Origin: Candidatus Multivoradales bacterium
GTDB lineage: Bacteria; Acidobacteriota; Thermoanaerobaculia; Multivoradales; JAHEKO01
Direction: 5' to 3'
NCBI GenBank assembly: GCA_965248055.1
Contig: CBDFIJ010000004.1
Location: 2,592,001 to 2,656,000 of the forward strand
Length of the DNA: 64,000 nt
Each line of letters starts with the position of its first letter. Within the stretch, counting starts at the first letter, position 1. The notes beneath the pieces are model-generated. The model had not been told where the DNA came from, did not search any database, and was given only the letters and a program-made list of their open reading frames with translations. Shown piece by piece: positions 10,003-18,658 of this stretch. The translations under genes were made by a program, and so were the position numbers.

Positions 10003-10518
10003 ATGGAAGTAGGCACTGAAAGAATATGGGCAATCATTTTTCAAATCGTCACCAGCGTACCGGCAATCATATGGATTGCAACTAGGTTGCGTCGACAGCA
10101 AGTCAGGTCCGTTAAGAATTGGGTGTCGAGATTTCGTAGAACTGTCCGCAACACATTATTAACGCTTCCGCCGTTTGCCTACTTGGAACGATTTGTGATT
10201 CGACAGAAAGAACGAATCGGTGCTGGTATTTCCGGTCTCGAGCTTTATGTTGCGGTGACAGCAGGACTAGTGACCCTACTCCTTGCCACTCACACGGTTT
10301 CCCAAGTTCTCGCTGGCAATCAAATAAAGAGCTTCGTAGCAGCCGTTCTTGCAGTCGTCACCTTCCAACTCGGTTGCTTCATGTATGCCGATGCAAAGCA
10401 GCAGTGGCTCAGGTTGCGAGGGGATCGCCCCGCTGCTGTCGTACTCAGCGTGTCTTTTCTGGGACCGTTGACTGTCGCGTTGACCGGCGCATTGCTCGAA
10501 ATTTTACAGGGCGTCTAA
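10003..10518 (+). CDS. Hypothetical membrane protein
   Basis: GAGGAGG RBS before ATG 10003; about four hydrophobic segments. Confidence 0.6.
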   Translation: MEVGTERIWAIIFQIVTSVPAIIWIATRLRRQQVRSVKNWVSRFRRTVRNTLLTLPPFAYLERFVIRQKERIGAGISGLELYVAVTAGLVTLLLATHTVSQVLAGNQIKSFVAAVLAVVTFQLGCFMYADAKQQWLRLRGDRPAAVVLSVSFLGPLTVALTGALLEILQGV

Positions 10519-10720
10519 TAGCGGAGATTTTGTTTTTGAAGATAGCGTGGAACAATGCCCTTGCTCATTTCCTGTATTGCTTGTGGTGCACTCATGGTGC
10601 AGTTGGCCCCAACTATTCACCTGTCAAGACAAGAATTCTCAACACTCATGACTATTCTAAGCAGTTCATTATGGTGTAGTTAGCTATTGTGGGTTGTTGG
10701 GCGCTATTGGCTTAGAACAC

Positions 10721-10788
10721 ACTTCAAAACCGTTGTCCCGTTCCGGATCGGTTCGGGGGGTGGGTTCGATTCCCATGCGCTTCCGCCA
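10721..10788 (+). tRNA. selC: 3' fragment of tRNA-Sec (attachment-site remnant, not a full gene)
   Basis: Anticodon loop CTTCAAA (TCA at 10724-10726), long variable arm, T-arm GTGGGTTCGATTCCCAT, acceptor strand GCGCTTCC-GCCA; no matching 5' GGAAGCGC upstream. Confidence 0.85.
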
Positions 10789-10869
10789 CTCGCTTTCAAC
10801 GAGATTCAATTCGCTCTCGATGGGGCTGGAGATATTACGCCAAATAGTAATTTCCACGGGATTCGGGAC

Positions 10870-11075
10870 ACATCTTCGACTCAGCAAAGAGTTCAAACGC
10901 GAGGCAGTTCGTCAGGCGCTGGAAAGCGATTCACCGATGTCGTCAGTGGCTCGAGATCTGGGAATCCGGCCCAATCTTCTGGGTAGGTGGAAGTATCAGT
11001 ACCTGGGAGGCCCAGCGCACGCGTTTCCGGCGAGGGCCGATTGAAGCCGGAGGATGAAGAGGTGCGTCGGCTACC
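10870..11075 (+). pseudogene. IS3-family OrfA fragment
   Basis: KEFKREAVRQALESDSPMSSVARDLGIRPNLLGRWK (HTH_Tnp_1-like), then PEDEEVRRL in a shifted frame; no OrfB. Confidence 0.75.
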
Positions 11076-11077
11076 TA

Positions 11078-11312
11078 CGGCGCAGAGGAAGGCCAAACCG
11101 AGTTCGGAGAGTACGCCATCGAGTACCTCAAACGAGTCTCGTCTCGTTGACGATATTTGATTGCCATCGAGGGTGAAGACGACGAGCTGCAGTTGATCGG
11201 TGACGTCTTGGTGCGGCTATCGCCCAAGTTGTTTTTCAAGGTCAACAGCGGCTTTGGCCTAACCGAGAAGGTCGAGGACTTCGCCCCGGAAATCGGGCTG
11301 ATGTCCGATTCT
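11078..11312 (+). pseudogene. C-terminal fragment of a probable outer-membrane beta-barrel protein
   Basis: GEYAIEYLKRVSSR*RYLIAIEGEDDELQLI...FKVNSGFGLTEKVEDFAPEIGLM; amphipathic strands, internal stop, no start. Confidence 0.4.
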
Positions 11313-12789
11313 AAAGAGCGTCAAGCGAAGCTAAGGCCTGTTCCCGTCGCTCTCGTTCGCGCAGCGCATCCACCTTGTCTGCGGGTGCTACCCGTTGTTC
11401 ACACTGCTTCTCGGTCAGCGTGCACCGCTCACAGGTAAACCCGACTTCCGATTGGATGATCGCCGGATCTTCAGCAAACCGAATGGCACGACGAGTGGCA
11501 GCATTGAGCAGCCAACCAATGGTCACTGAGGACTGGCGGCTGGCGTCCAACGCGAACGGACGCGACGCCGAGAGGGTCAAGAAGTCGAGATCCGGTTCAA
11601 AGAAATGGCATCGTTGCGCCTGTAGCTGGGGTGTCGCCACCGGTGGCGTCGAGGCAAGCAGTTGAAAAGAAGGCCATCGACGGCAGTGATGTTCTTGCAA
11701 CCCCAATCCTTGGGTCAAAGAGAGGGGAGACATATTGAGCAGTTTGGTCACGCGGGCAAAACCTGCGAGTCCAGTGCTCATACGCACGAAGTAAGACTGC
11801 TCTAGGTTGAAGGCTTTGGGTACCACTTGGGTGAGGCGGGTGAAGTAGGTCTCAGGCGTGGCGGAGAAACGCTGCATCGCTTGGCGCAACAGTTTCGGCT
11901 GCCAGGTTGCTGCGGCGAAGATTTTTGAGATGTCGTCGATCACCGTTTCGGCGTCCAGCAATAGGGCCCCGGAAAAATATGAGGCCTGGAAGTTGTTGAG
12001 TACCTGATCGAAGGACTCCACCTGCAGCCAGGAAGAGGTCAGCGCTCGCTCCTTGAGTCCCAGAACCGCGTAGCCGACCTCTCGTGCCAAGACGAAGGCC
12101 TGTTGTGAAGGAAGCAAGCTCGGGTTGATGAACAGAGTCGGGCGCTTTCTTGGTTGGAAAACGGAACGGAAGCCGGACAACTCTTGGTTGCTCCCCAGGG
12201 CTTCAAAGTCGAGCACGTAGCCAAATCGTTCGTTGAGGCTGTCGGCCAAGGGTTGGGGTGTGATCGGCTTACCCGGTTTCAGTTTGGTCTCAGCGCGAAA
12301 ACTGGCAGCCGCGCTCTCCAAGTCAGGAAAGTGGTTGTGATGCATTTGTTGATAGGCGCGCAGCGCTGCGAGGAGAAACGATTCGAAGTCGAGGTCGTGG
12401 GATTGCGCGACATCGACCAAGGCTCGCATCAAGGCCCCGGCTCGTTTTGGGTCGCCGCTAAACAAGCTAAAAACATCTTCGACGTCGAATCCGAACAGCT
12501 CGAAGGGAAATTCGCGCAGAAACGGCGACCCCAGGGCGCTCTTGAGAGAAACTAGGTCATCGCTGACCTTTAGCGAAACCAACTCGTCAAAGCTGATCTC
12601 TAGCGCTTCGGCCATCACCATCAATTTTTCCGGCTTGGGATATTTTTTGCCCTTCTCGATTTCGCTGAGGTAGGAAATCGCCATCCCGGTCTTGTCGGCC
12701 AGGGAGCTCAAGGTCAGTTGGCGCTGCTTGCGCAGTCGACGCAGCTTGAGCCCGAGAACGAAGCGCGGATTGTCGGTTGAGATATTCAT
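11311..12789 (-). CDS. XRE-family RamB/ScfR-like regulator (HTH + M78-like domain)
   Basis: N-terminal HTH (ISYLSEIEKGKKYPK), AFVLAREVG, ASYFSGALLL, HHCRRW, C-terminal CERC...C..R; divergent from aceBA. Confidence 0.85.
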   Translation of the reverse strand: MNISTDNPRFVLGLKLRRLRKQRQLTLSSLADKTGMAISYLSEIEKGKKYPKPEKLMVMAEALEISFDELVSLKVSDDLVSLKSALGSPFLREFPFELFGFDVEDVFSLFSGDPKRAGALMRALVDVAQSHDLDFESFLLAALRAYQQMHHNHFPDLESAAASFRAETKLKPGKPITPQPLADSLNERFGYVLDFEALGSNQELSGFRSVFQPRKRPTLFINPSLLPSQQAFVLAREVGYAVLGLKERALTSSWLQVESFDQVLNNFQASYFSGALLLDAETVIDDISKIFAAATWQPKLLRQAMQRFSATPETYFTRLTQVVPKAFNLEQSYFVRMSTGLAGFARVTKLLNMSPLSLTQGLGLQEHHCRRWPSFQLLASTPPVATPQLQAQRCHFFEPDLDFLTLSASRPFALDASRQSSVTIGWLLNAATRRAIRFAEDPAIIQSEVGFTCERCTLTEKQCEQRVAPADKVDALRERERREQALASLDAL

Positions 12790-12790
12790 T

Positions 12791-12887
12791 TTCGCTGTTA
12801 GCGAATATTAGAGGAGGTTGGATGGGAATGGAAATTCCATAGTTAGCGAAATTTCGCTTGACAAGAAACTTCACACGTCGGTAAGGT
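12791..12887 (+). promoter_or_regulatory. aceBA promoter and operator candidates
   Basis: Perfect palindrome AGCGAAATTTCGCT (12845-12858) abutting TTGACA (12858-12863); TAAGGT at 12882-12887; second site TTCGCT-gtt-AGCGAA at 12791-12805. Confidence 0.65.
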
Positions 12888-12931
12888 TAGCCCGTTCGGT
12901 CCACCGGTTAACCCATATGGAGGAGCAATCG

Positions 12932-13123
12932 ATGCCTAGCAAAGCCAAGATCCAGAACGAAGGTCATCCAGAAACTGTGGAGCTGCCGAGAATGATTGCG
13001 GCTACTGTCGGGCTGGATGACACCGAGATCAGTGATCCGCCACTGTTGGTGGCAATGGGCGATGCGCAAGTGCTATTTGGTCCAGGAACCGGGCGCTTCA
13101 ACGAATTCGACGATCCTTGCTAG
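12932..13123 (+). CDS. Small 63-aa ORF upstream of malate synthase
   Basis: Strong RBS GGAGGAG before ATG; overlaps the TTG of the aceB frame. Confidence 0.4.
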   Translation: MPSKAKIQNEGHPETVELPRMIAATVGLDDTEISDPPLLVAMGDAQVLFGPGTGRFNEFDDPC

Positions 13124-14838
13124 GGGCTCCCTTGAGTCCGGAAACCCGGTCGAGAGAAGAGACCCAGGCGCCAGTGGGTGCCGACGGCGGGCCATGGCTT
13201 GAGGTGCATCCAGGCGTTGCCATAGCCGCCGTAGCTTGGCATCGATCGGCACGCCAAGTTCTGACACCTCAGACACTGGCCTTGGTGGCCAAATTACAGC
13301 GGGAGTTTGGCGCTCAGCGTTTGCGCCTACTTTCGCAACGGCGCTTGCGACAGGCAGATTGGGATGCCGGAGATGTTCCCAGTCGACCTCGCCATTCCCT
13401 GGCGCAGGAAATCGCTGGCGACTGGCAGGTCGCAACGCTACCAGCCGACCTTCAGCGACGGCGGGTAGAAATCACCGGTCCGATTTCGGATCCCAAGATG
13501 GTGATCAACATGTTGAGCCGTAACGCCGCGGGATATCGAGCTGATTGCGCGATGCTCGATTTTGAAGACTCGATGAAGCCTTCTTGGGCCAACGTGGTCG
13601 CTGGGATTCACAATCTGCAAGGGGCAGCCGGAGCAGACCTTCAATTTACCCGGGCTGCCACAGCCAAGCGAGCGGAAAAGGTCTACCGCCTGGATCCCCA
13701 AGACATGGCACTGGTGATGGTGCGTTGCCGCGGACTGCATCTGCATGAAAACAACCTCCGCATCGACGGGGAGCCGGTGAGTGCCGGTCTGTTCGATCTT
13801 GCCGTCAGTGCTGCCGTGAGCGCTGCACAGCTGTTGTCTCGCGGTAGCACGCCCAAGTACTACGTACCCAAGACCGAGCACTACCTGGAAGCGCGCTGGT
13901 GGAATGCGATTTTCAGTGCACTTGAAGGGGAACTGGATCTTTCCTCTGGCGCGCTGCGCGCCACCTTTCTGATTGAGACCCTTCCCGCCGCGCTGCAGGT
14001 TGAGGAGATCCTCTACGAGTTGCGGGAGCGCGTCGCCGGCCTCAACGTCGGTCGTTGGGACAAGATTTTTAGTGACATCAAAGTACTCAAAGAACACCCC
14101 GATCGGGTGATGGCGGACCGCTCGACCATCACCATGCAGCAGCCGTGGATGCGCGACTATGCACTCAGCCTCATCCATGCCTGCCATCGCCACGGCGCCT
14201 TCGCCATGGGTGGCATGGCGGCATTTACCCCAGGCGGAGCCGAGGAGCGGCGAGCCCAGCAGACCGAGAAAGTCGTTGCGGACAAGCGTTGGGAGTCAGA
14301 ACTGGGGCATGATGGCTGTTGGGTTTCACACCCCTATTTCATCGGCCCAGCGCTTTCGGCCTTCCCGAAAGACCAGCAATTGGAGGTCATTCCGGAGATT
14401 GACCGGTCGATGGATCTGATTCCTCAGGGTCAGGGTCCACGCACCTTAGATGGACTGCGCACCAACATTCGGGTTGGCATCGCCTATCTCGAAGGTTGGA
14501 GTCGCGACATTGGCTGTGTCGCCTGGGATGACCTGATGGAAGACCTGGCGACCTTAGAAATCTCCCGCGCCCAGACCTGGCAGTGGTTGCGTCACGGCGT
14601 GCAGTTGGACGATGGGATCACGGTATCCCAGGAGTTGGTCGAAGACGTTTTTGCCCAAGAGCTGGCGCGTATTGAACAGGAGTTAGCCGGTTCGGCGCAG
14701 GGCACGCAATCTTTTCGGCTGGCTGCAAGCGAGGCGTGTCGCTTGTTTTGCGAGCCCAGTTTTCGTCCATTCTTAAGCGACGGGTCGCAGGTAGAGCAGG
14801 AGCAGCGCAGTACGCCATCGAGCACCGAGAAACCCTAA
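13117..14838 (+). CDS. aceB: Malate synthase A (start uncertain)
   Basis: RRVEITGP, LDFEDS, YYVPKTE, ATFLIETL, GLNVGRWD, AMGGMAA, LMEDLATLEISRAQTWQW. Confidence 0.93.
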   Translation: MLGAPLSPETRSREETQAPVGADGGPWLEVHPGVAIAAVAWHRSARQVLTPQTLALVAKLQREFGAQRLRLLSQRRLRQADWDAGDVPSRPRHSLAQEIAGDWQVATLPADLQRRRVEITGPISDPKMVINMLSRNAAGYRADCAMLDFEDSMKPSWANVVAGIHNLQGAAGADLQFTRAATAKRAEKVYRLDPQDMALVMVRCRGLHLHENNLRIDGEPVSAGLFDLAVSAAVSAAQLLSRGSTPKYYVPKTEHYLEARWWNAIFSALEGELDLSSGALRATFLIETLPAALQVEEILYELRERVAGLNVGRWDKIFSDIKVLKEHPDRVMADRSTITMQQPWMRDYALSLIHACHRHGAFAMGGMAAFTPGGAEERRAQQTEKVVADKRWESELGHDGCWVSHPYFIGPALSAFPKDQQLEVIPEIDRSMDLIPQGQGPRTLDGLRTNIRVGIAYLEGWSRDIGCVAWDDLMEDLATLEISRAQTWQWLRHGVQLDDGITVSQELVEDVFAQELARIEQELAGSAQGTQSFRLAASEACRLFCEPSFRPFLSDGSQVEQEQRSTPSSTEKP

Positions 14839-14865
14839 CGGCTTTGTAGCAGGAGGAACTGAACC

Positions 14866-16119
14866 ATGGATCAAGCAGCGAACAACACTCCGCCTCGATG
14901 GGATCAGGTGAAACGACCGTATGGCGAAGCCGATGTCGCAAAACTGCGCAACAGTTTTCCGATTGAGTACACCTTGGCGCGCAATGGCGCGGAACGGTTG
15001 TGGGAGCTGTTACACGGCCGCGACTACATCAATGCCCTTGGAGCGCTGACTGGAAACCAGGCGATGCAACAGGTTAAGGCTGGCTTGGAAGCGATCTATT
15101 TGAGTGGCTGGCAGGTGGCGGCAGACGCCAACTTGGCTGGCCAGATGTACCCCGATCAGAGCTTGTACCCCTCCAACAGCGTGCCGCAGGTGGTGCGTCG
15201 GATCAACCAAACCCTGATGCGGGCCGATCAGATTCACCACGCCGAGGGCGACGACTCGGTGCACTGGATGGCGCCGATCGTGGCTGATGCCGAAGCTGGT
15301 TTTGGCGGCTTGTTGCATGCCTTTGAACTGACCAAATCCTTGATTGAAGCCGGTGCTGCCGGGGTCCACTTCGAGGACCAATTGGCGTCAGAGAAGAAGT
15401 GCGGACACCTGGGTGGCAAGGTTCTGGTGCCGACCAGCCAGTTCGTTCAGACTTTGGTGTCGGCTCGCTTGGCGTCCGACGTGCTCGACGTGCCAACGGT
15501 GCTGATAGCTCGTACCGATGCCGACAGCGCCAAGCTGATCACCAGCGATATCGATCCCGCAGATCACGAATTCCTCACCGGGGATCGAACCGCGGAAGGG
15601 TTTTTCCGCATCACTGGCGGACCCGAGGTGGCGATTGCCCGTGGTCTGGCCTACGCACCTTATGCTGACCTGATTTGGTGCGAGACCTCCAAGCCCGACC
15701 TGGCTGAAGCGAAGCGATTTGCCGACGCGATTCATGACCGCTATCCGGATCAAATGCTGGCCTACAACTGCTCGCCTAGCTTCAACTGGCGTCAGCATCT
15801 CGATGAAGTCACCATTCGACGCTTCCAACGCGAATTGGCAGCCATGGGATACAAGTTTCAGTTCGTCACCCTGGCTGGCTTTCACGCCCTCAACCACAGC
15901 ATGTTCAGCCTCGCTCGCGACTACAAGAAGACTGGCATGTACGCCTATTCGCAGTTGCAAGAGGCGGAGTTTGCTGCCGAGTCCGAGGGCTACACCGCGA
16001 CCAAGCACCAGCGCGAAGTGGGTACTGGATATTTCGATCAGGTGAAGCAAGTGATCACTGGAGGGGAAGCGGAGACAGTGGCGATGGCTGAGTCCACCGA
16101 GACCGCGCAGTTCGCCTAG
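14866..16119 (+). CDS. aceA: Isocitrate lyase
   Basis: KKCGHL signature, [32 protein letters not shown]. Confidence 0.98.
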   Translation: MDQAANNTPPRWDQVKRPYGEADVAKLRNSFPIEYTLARNGAERLWELLHGRDYINALGALTGNQAMQQVKAGLEAIYLSGWQVAADANLAGQMYPDQSLYPSNSVPQVVRRINQTLMRADQIHHAEGDDSVHWMAPIVADAEAGFGGLLHAFELTKSLIEAGAAGVHFEDQLASEKKCGHLGGKVLVPTSQFVQTLVSARLASDVLDVPTVLIARTDADSAKLITSDIDPADHEFLTGDRTAEGFFRITGGPEVAIARGLAYAPYADLIWCETSKPDLAEAKRFADAIHDRYPDQMLAYNCSPSFNWRQHLDEVTIRRFQRELAAMGYKFQFVTLAGFHALNHSMFSLARDYKKTGMYAYSQLQEAEFAAESEGYTATKHQREVGTGYFDQVKQVITGGEAETVAMAESTETAQFA

Positions 16120-16158
16120 CGCGACGCTCTAGCTGCGCGAAATCCGAGGCGATCGGCC

Positions 16159-16989
16159 CTACTGTTTCGGATTGTCTTCCCAAGACCCATACATCGGGTT
16201 GGGGAGCACGAAATAGCGGTCGCCAATCTCCGAGGGCAGACGGTCCTGGTTGAGGACTTCTTGCGTCAGGAGCGGAAAATCGCCGATGTTGTCGCCCAGC
16301 CACATCACTACTTCCAGCGGAGGAAGGGGTTCAGGGCGGTTGAGTTGAGCCTCCGGCCAATCCGAGGAGTTACCCCCGCGTAGAGCTTCCCAACGCGGGT
16401 CTTTCTCGCGCACACCGTGGCGACACAGCACGATGTCAAAGGCAATGCCGGTCGAACGTAGGTTGTCGGCGCTGGCTTGGCAACGGTGTGATTTGCGGTT
16501 GGTGACGACTGCAACAATGCCACCCATTTCTTTCACCCGCGCGGTGAACGCTGCTGCGCCAGGGAGTGCAGGCGCCTGCTTGCGCATCACCCAATCACCC
16601 CAGCTGTCGTCACTGAAGGTCACGCCTTGCTGGTTGATTTCGACTTCGTAGAGCGAGTTGTCGATCAGCGTTTCGTCGGCGTCGCTGGAAATCGCCCAGC
16701 TTCCTGGCTCCTTATCCGCGGTCAGTTCTTCTAGGCGTTCTAGAGCCAACGTGAAGGTTTGTTCGAAAATCGCGCGGTGCTCTGCGGAGTTGCGGCTCCA
16801 GTGCAGGGCTTCGTGGAACACAGCATCATGATCGTCAGCTTCCGAGGTGGTCGGTTCGGACTCCTCGGCATTGGTCGGTGGCGCTGGCACCGTGGGCAGT
16901 GGCGATTGGACACTCGAACAACCAATTAGCGTTGCTGCCAGGGTGAACCCTAGAAAAATGTGAAAAGTAGGTGTCGGTTGTTTGGGCAT
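16159..16989 (-). CDS. Class C acid phosphatase / 5'-nucleotidase lipoprotein (e(P4) family)
   Basis: Lipobox LIGC, DADETLIDN, GDNIGDF, LPNPMYGSWE. Confidence 0.9.
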   Translation of the reverse strand: MPKQPTPTFHIFLGFTLAATLIGCSSVQSPLPTVPAPPTNAEESEPTTSEADDHDAVFHEALHWSRNSAEHRAIFEQTFTLALERLEELTADKEPGSWAISSDADETLIDNSLYEVEINQQGVTFSDDSWGDWVMRKQAPALPGAAAFTARVKEMGGIVAVVTNRKSHRCQASADNLRSTGIAFDIVLCRHGVREKDPRWEALRGGNSSDWPEAQLNRPEPLPPLEVVMWLGDNIGDFPLLTQEVLNQDRLPSEIGDRYFVLPNPMYGSWEDNPKQ

Positions 16990-17037
16990 GTTGGGATCCT
17001 CCGTGTTGGGGGAGATTGCCGTGATCCGGGCCGGTCG

Positions 17038-18084
17038 TCAAGCGATTGTATGCGTCCACGACATATGGCACTGGTCGGTATGTTCAGCTACGTATTGTAG
17101 CGGTGGTTTTTGACCATGTCTCCAGTGTGGCCTTTCGGCGTTAAACCAGAGCAGCCAATCGAAGAGTTTTTGGTTGAAAGCTTGGATGTCGGTAAAGAGT
17201 AAATCCTCGTGATAGTCGACGAATTTCTCTTGGATGGTTCGATTGAATCTCTCGGCTTGGGCGTTCATCTTCGGGCACTTGGGGTAGGTGTACCAGCGTT
17301 TGATTCCTGCCTCAGCAGCTTTCTTGTCGAAGGCTCCTTGAAACTCACTACCGTTGTCTGAGAGCACAGTAGTAACAGCAAATGGCAAGACATCAAGGCT
17401 CAGGTCCAGAAAGCGCGCTGCCGTGGTCGAGGTATGAGAGTTGGTGGCTATCGCCAAGCTCATGCTACTGGCTGCATCGGTCAGGGTGATCAGGTAACGG
17501 CGTTGCCCATCACAGAATCGCTCGATGGTATCTACTGCCACCCATCGCCCTGGAGAGCGGGCTTTGGTTCCTTTAGGTTTGCGAGGCTTACGCTTTCGTT
17601 TGGCTTTCACTCGACCCAGGCGATCAATCCTTTGGGGCACCAAGCGCATCTTGTCGGGAGCATCGGCAATGATGCGGCCAATCGTGCTCACAGACGGGCA
17701 GTCAATCCCTAGCGCCTCGCACCAGGGTTTCAACAGTGGGTAGATCTTGTCCTTGCCAAGATTGGGCTCTTTCACCCGCAAACGACCGATCTCGGCTACT
17801 ACCTCAGAGGGCCACTTGCGTTTTCTCCGAGTTTTGGGAGCTGTTGAGCCAGGGTTTAGAGAGGTTAGCTTTCCTTGCGACCTACGAAGACGAGATTTCC
17901 AGCGGTACAGGCTCCTTCGGCTGACTGAAAATGCATCGATCGTCGCTTCGATCCCATGTTCATCCCAAAATCTCAATACTCGGATACGTTGCTCAGCGGT
18001 ATCTTGGGTCATGACCCAAGATACCGCTAGATGACGAAGATCTACCAGGCCTTGAAAACGACCTCTCATCAGTCTTGTCGGCAT
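17038..18084 (-). CDS. IS481-family DDE transposase
   Basis: HTH (VSRRSLYRWK), VAVDT, SDNGSEF, NAQAERFNRTIQE, NAERPH. Confidence 0.92.
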   Translation of the reverse strand: MPTRLMRGRFQGLVDLRHLAVSWVMTQDTAEQRIRVLRFWDEHGIEATIDAFSVSRRSLYRWKSRLRRSQGKLTSLNPGSTAPKTRRKRKWPSEVVAEIGRLRVKEPNLGKDKIYPLLKPWCEALGIDCPSVSTIGRIIADAPDKMRLVPQRIDRLGRVKAKRKRKPRKPKGTKARSPGRWVAVDTIERFCDGQRRYLITLTDAASSMSLAIATNSHTSTTAARFLDLSLDVLPFAVTTVLSDNGSEFQGAFDKKAAEAGIKRWYTYPKCPKMNAQAERFNRTIQEKFVDYHEDLLFTDIQAFNQKLFDWLLWFNAERPHWRHGQKPPLQYVAEHTDQCHMSWTHTIA

Positions 18085-18130
18085 CAGATCTCCTCACTGA
18101 ACCTGTGCCAGATGTTTCTGAACGCATGCA
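17047..18130 (-). mobile_element. IS481-family insertion sequence, 1084 bp, apparently intact
   Basis: Imperfect terminal IRs TGTATGCGTCCACGACATATGGCAC / TGCATGCGTTCAGAAACATCTGGCAC; direct repeat GCGAT at 17042-17046 and 18131-18135. Confidence 0.85.
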
Positions 18131-18242
18131 GCGATAACCATCATTGCTATGCGGTTTTGCCACAGTCGAGCGACGACCCGGAACCACGGGTCTCATTCCA
18201 CAACCCATTGTGGATCAGATCCGTACCTAGCGCGGAAGGTCG

Positions 18243-18478
18243 AGATCCTTCGACTCCCCTCGCAGACTCGGGTTCGCTCAGGATGACCTGGTTGGCTGGT
18301 GGTGCCCGACCATTTCGGCAGGGTATTTCAGGTGAGACGCGGGAGGGGGTAAGCCTTTCCTCTACGAAGATCTGTCTTTCCTCTACCAAGATCTGCACAA
18401 CGGGTGCTGGCGTGGGAAGAGGGTCAGAGATCCGACCACCGTCATCCCGGCGGTGGGTGGGGTGGTGGGCCGGGATCT
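18243..18478. repeat. Cluster of REP-like palindromes and a 21-bp tandem repeat
   Basis: GTCATCCTGAGCGAA...GAAGGATCT (minus strand, 18243-18287); GTAG-type hairpin 18339-18365; 2x CTTTCCTCTACsAAGATCTG (18355-18396); GTCATCCCGGC...GCCGGGATCT (18441-18478). Confidence 0.65.
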
Positions 18479-18658
18479 ATTGTGAAATCGACCAGCAAGG
18501 ACTCCTTCTGCGGATGGGAGTTACTCTGGCGGAAGACGGGCAAGAAGGATGTAGCTTAGCGGGCGAGTCGTTGTCCGACGCGACCGCTACTGGCTCAGGT
18601 ATACGCTAATCCAGCATAATGCTGACGCGAGGGCAGCTATGCAAACCGGAGGTACGTT

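Larger units (their letters stand above)
1..10788. mobile_element. Distal part of a genomic island integrated at tRNA-Sec
   Basis: Recombinase, accessory cargo, visibly more AT-rich than the core, bounded by the tRNA 3' fragment. Confidence 0.7.

Noticed and set aside
10690-10788. Complete functional tRNA-Sec gene
   Set aside because: No 5' acceptor strand or D-arm upstream of the anticodon loop.
11140-11160. In-frame TGA in the beta-barrel fragment as selenocysteine
   Set aside because: The fragment has no start, and the codon is more simply a TGG>TGA change.
18355-18396. CRISPR array from the 21-bp repeat
   Set aside because: Only two adjacent copies, no spacers, no cas genes in the window.
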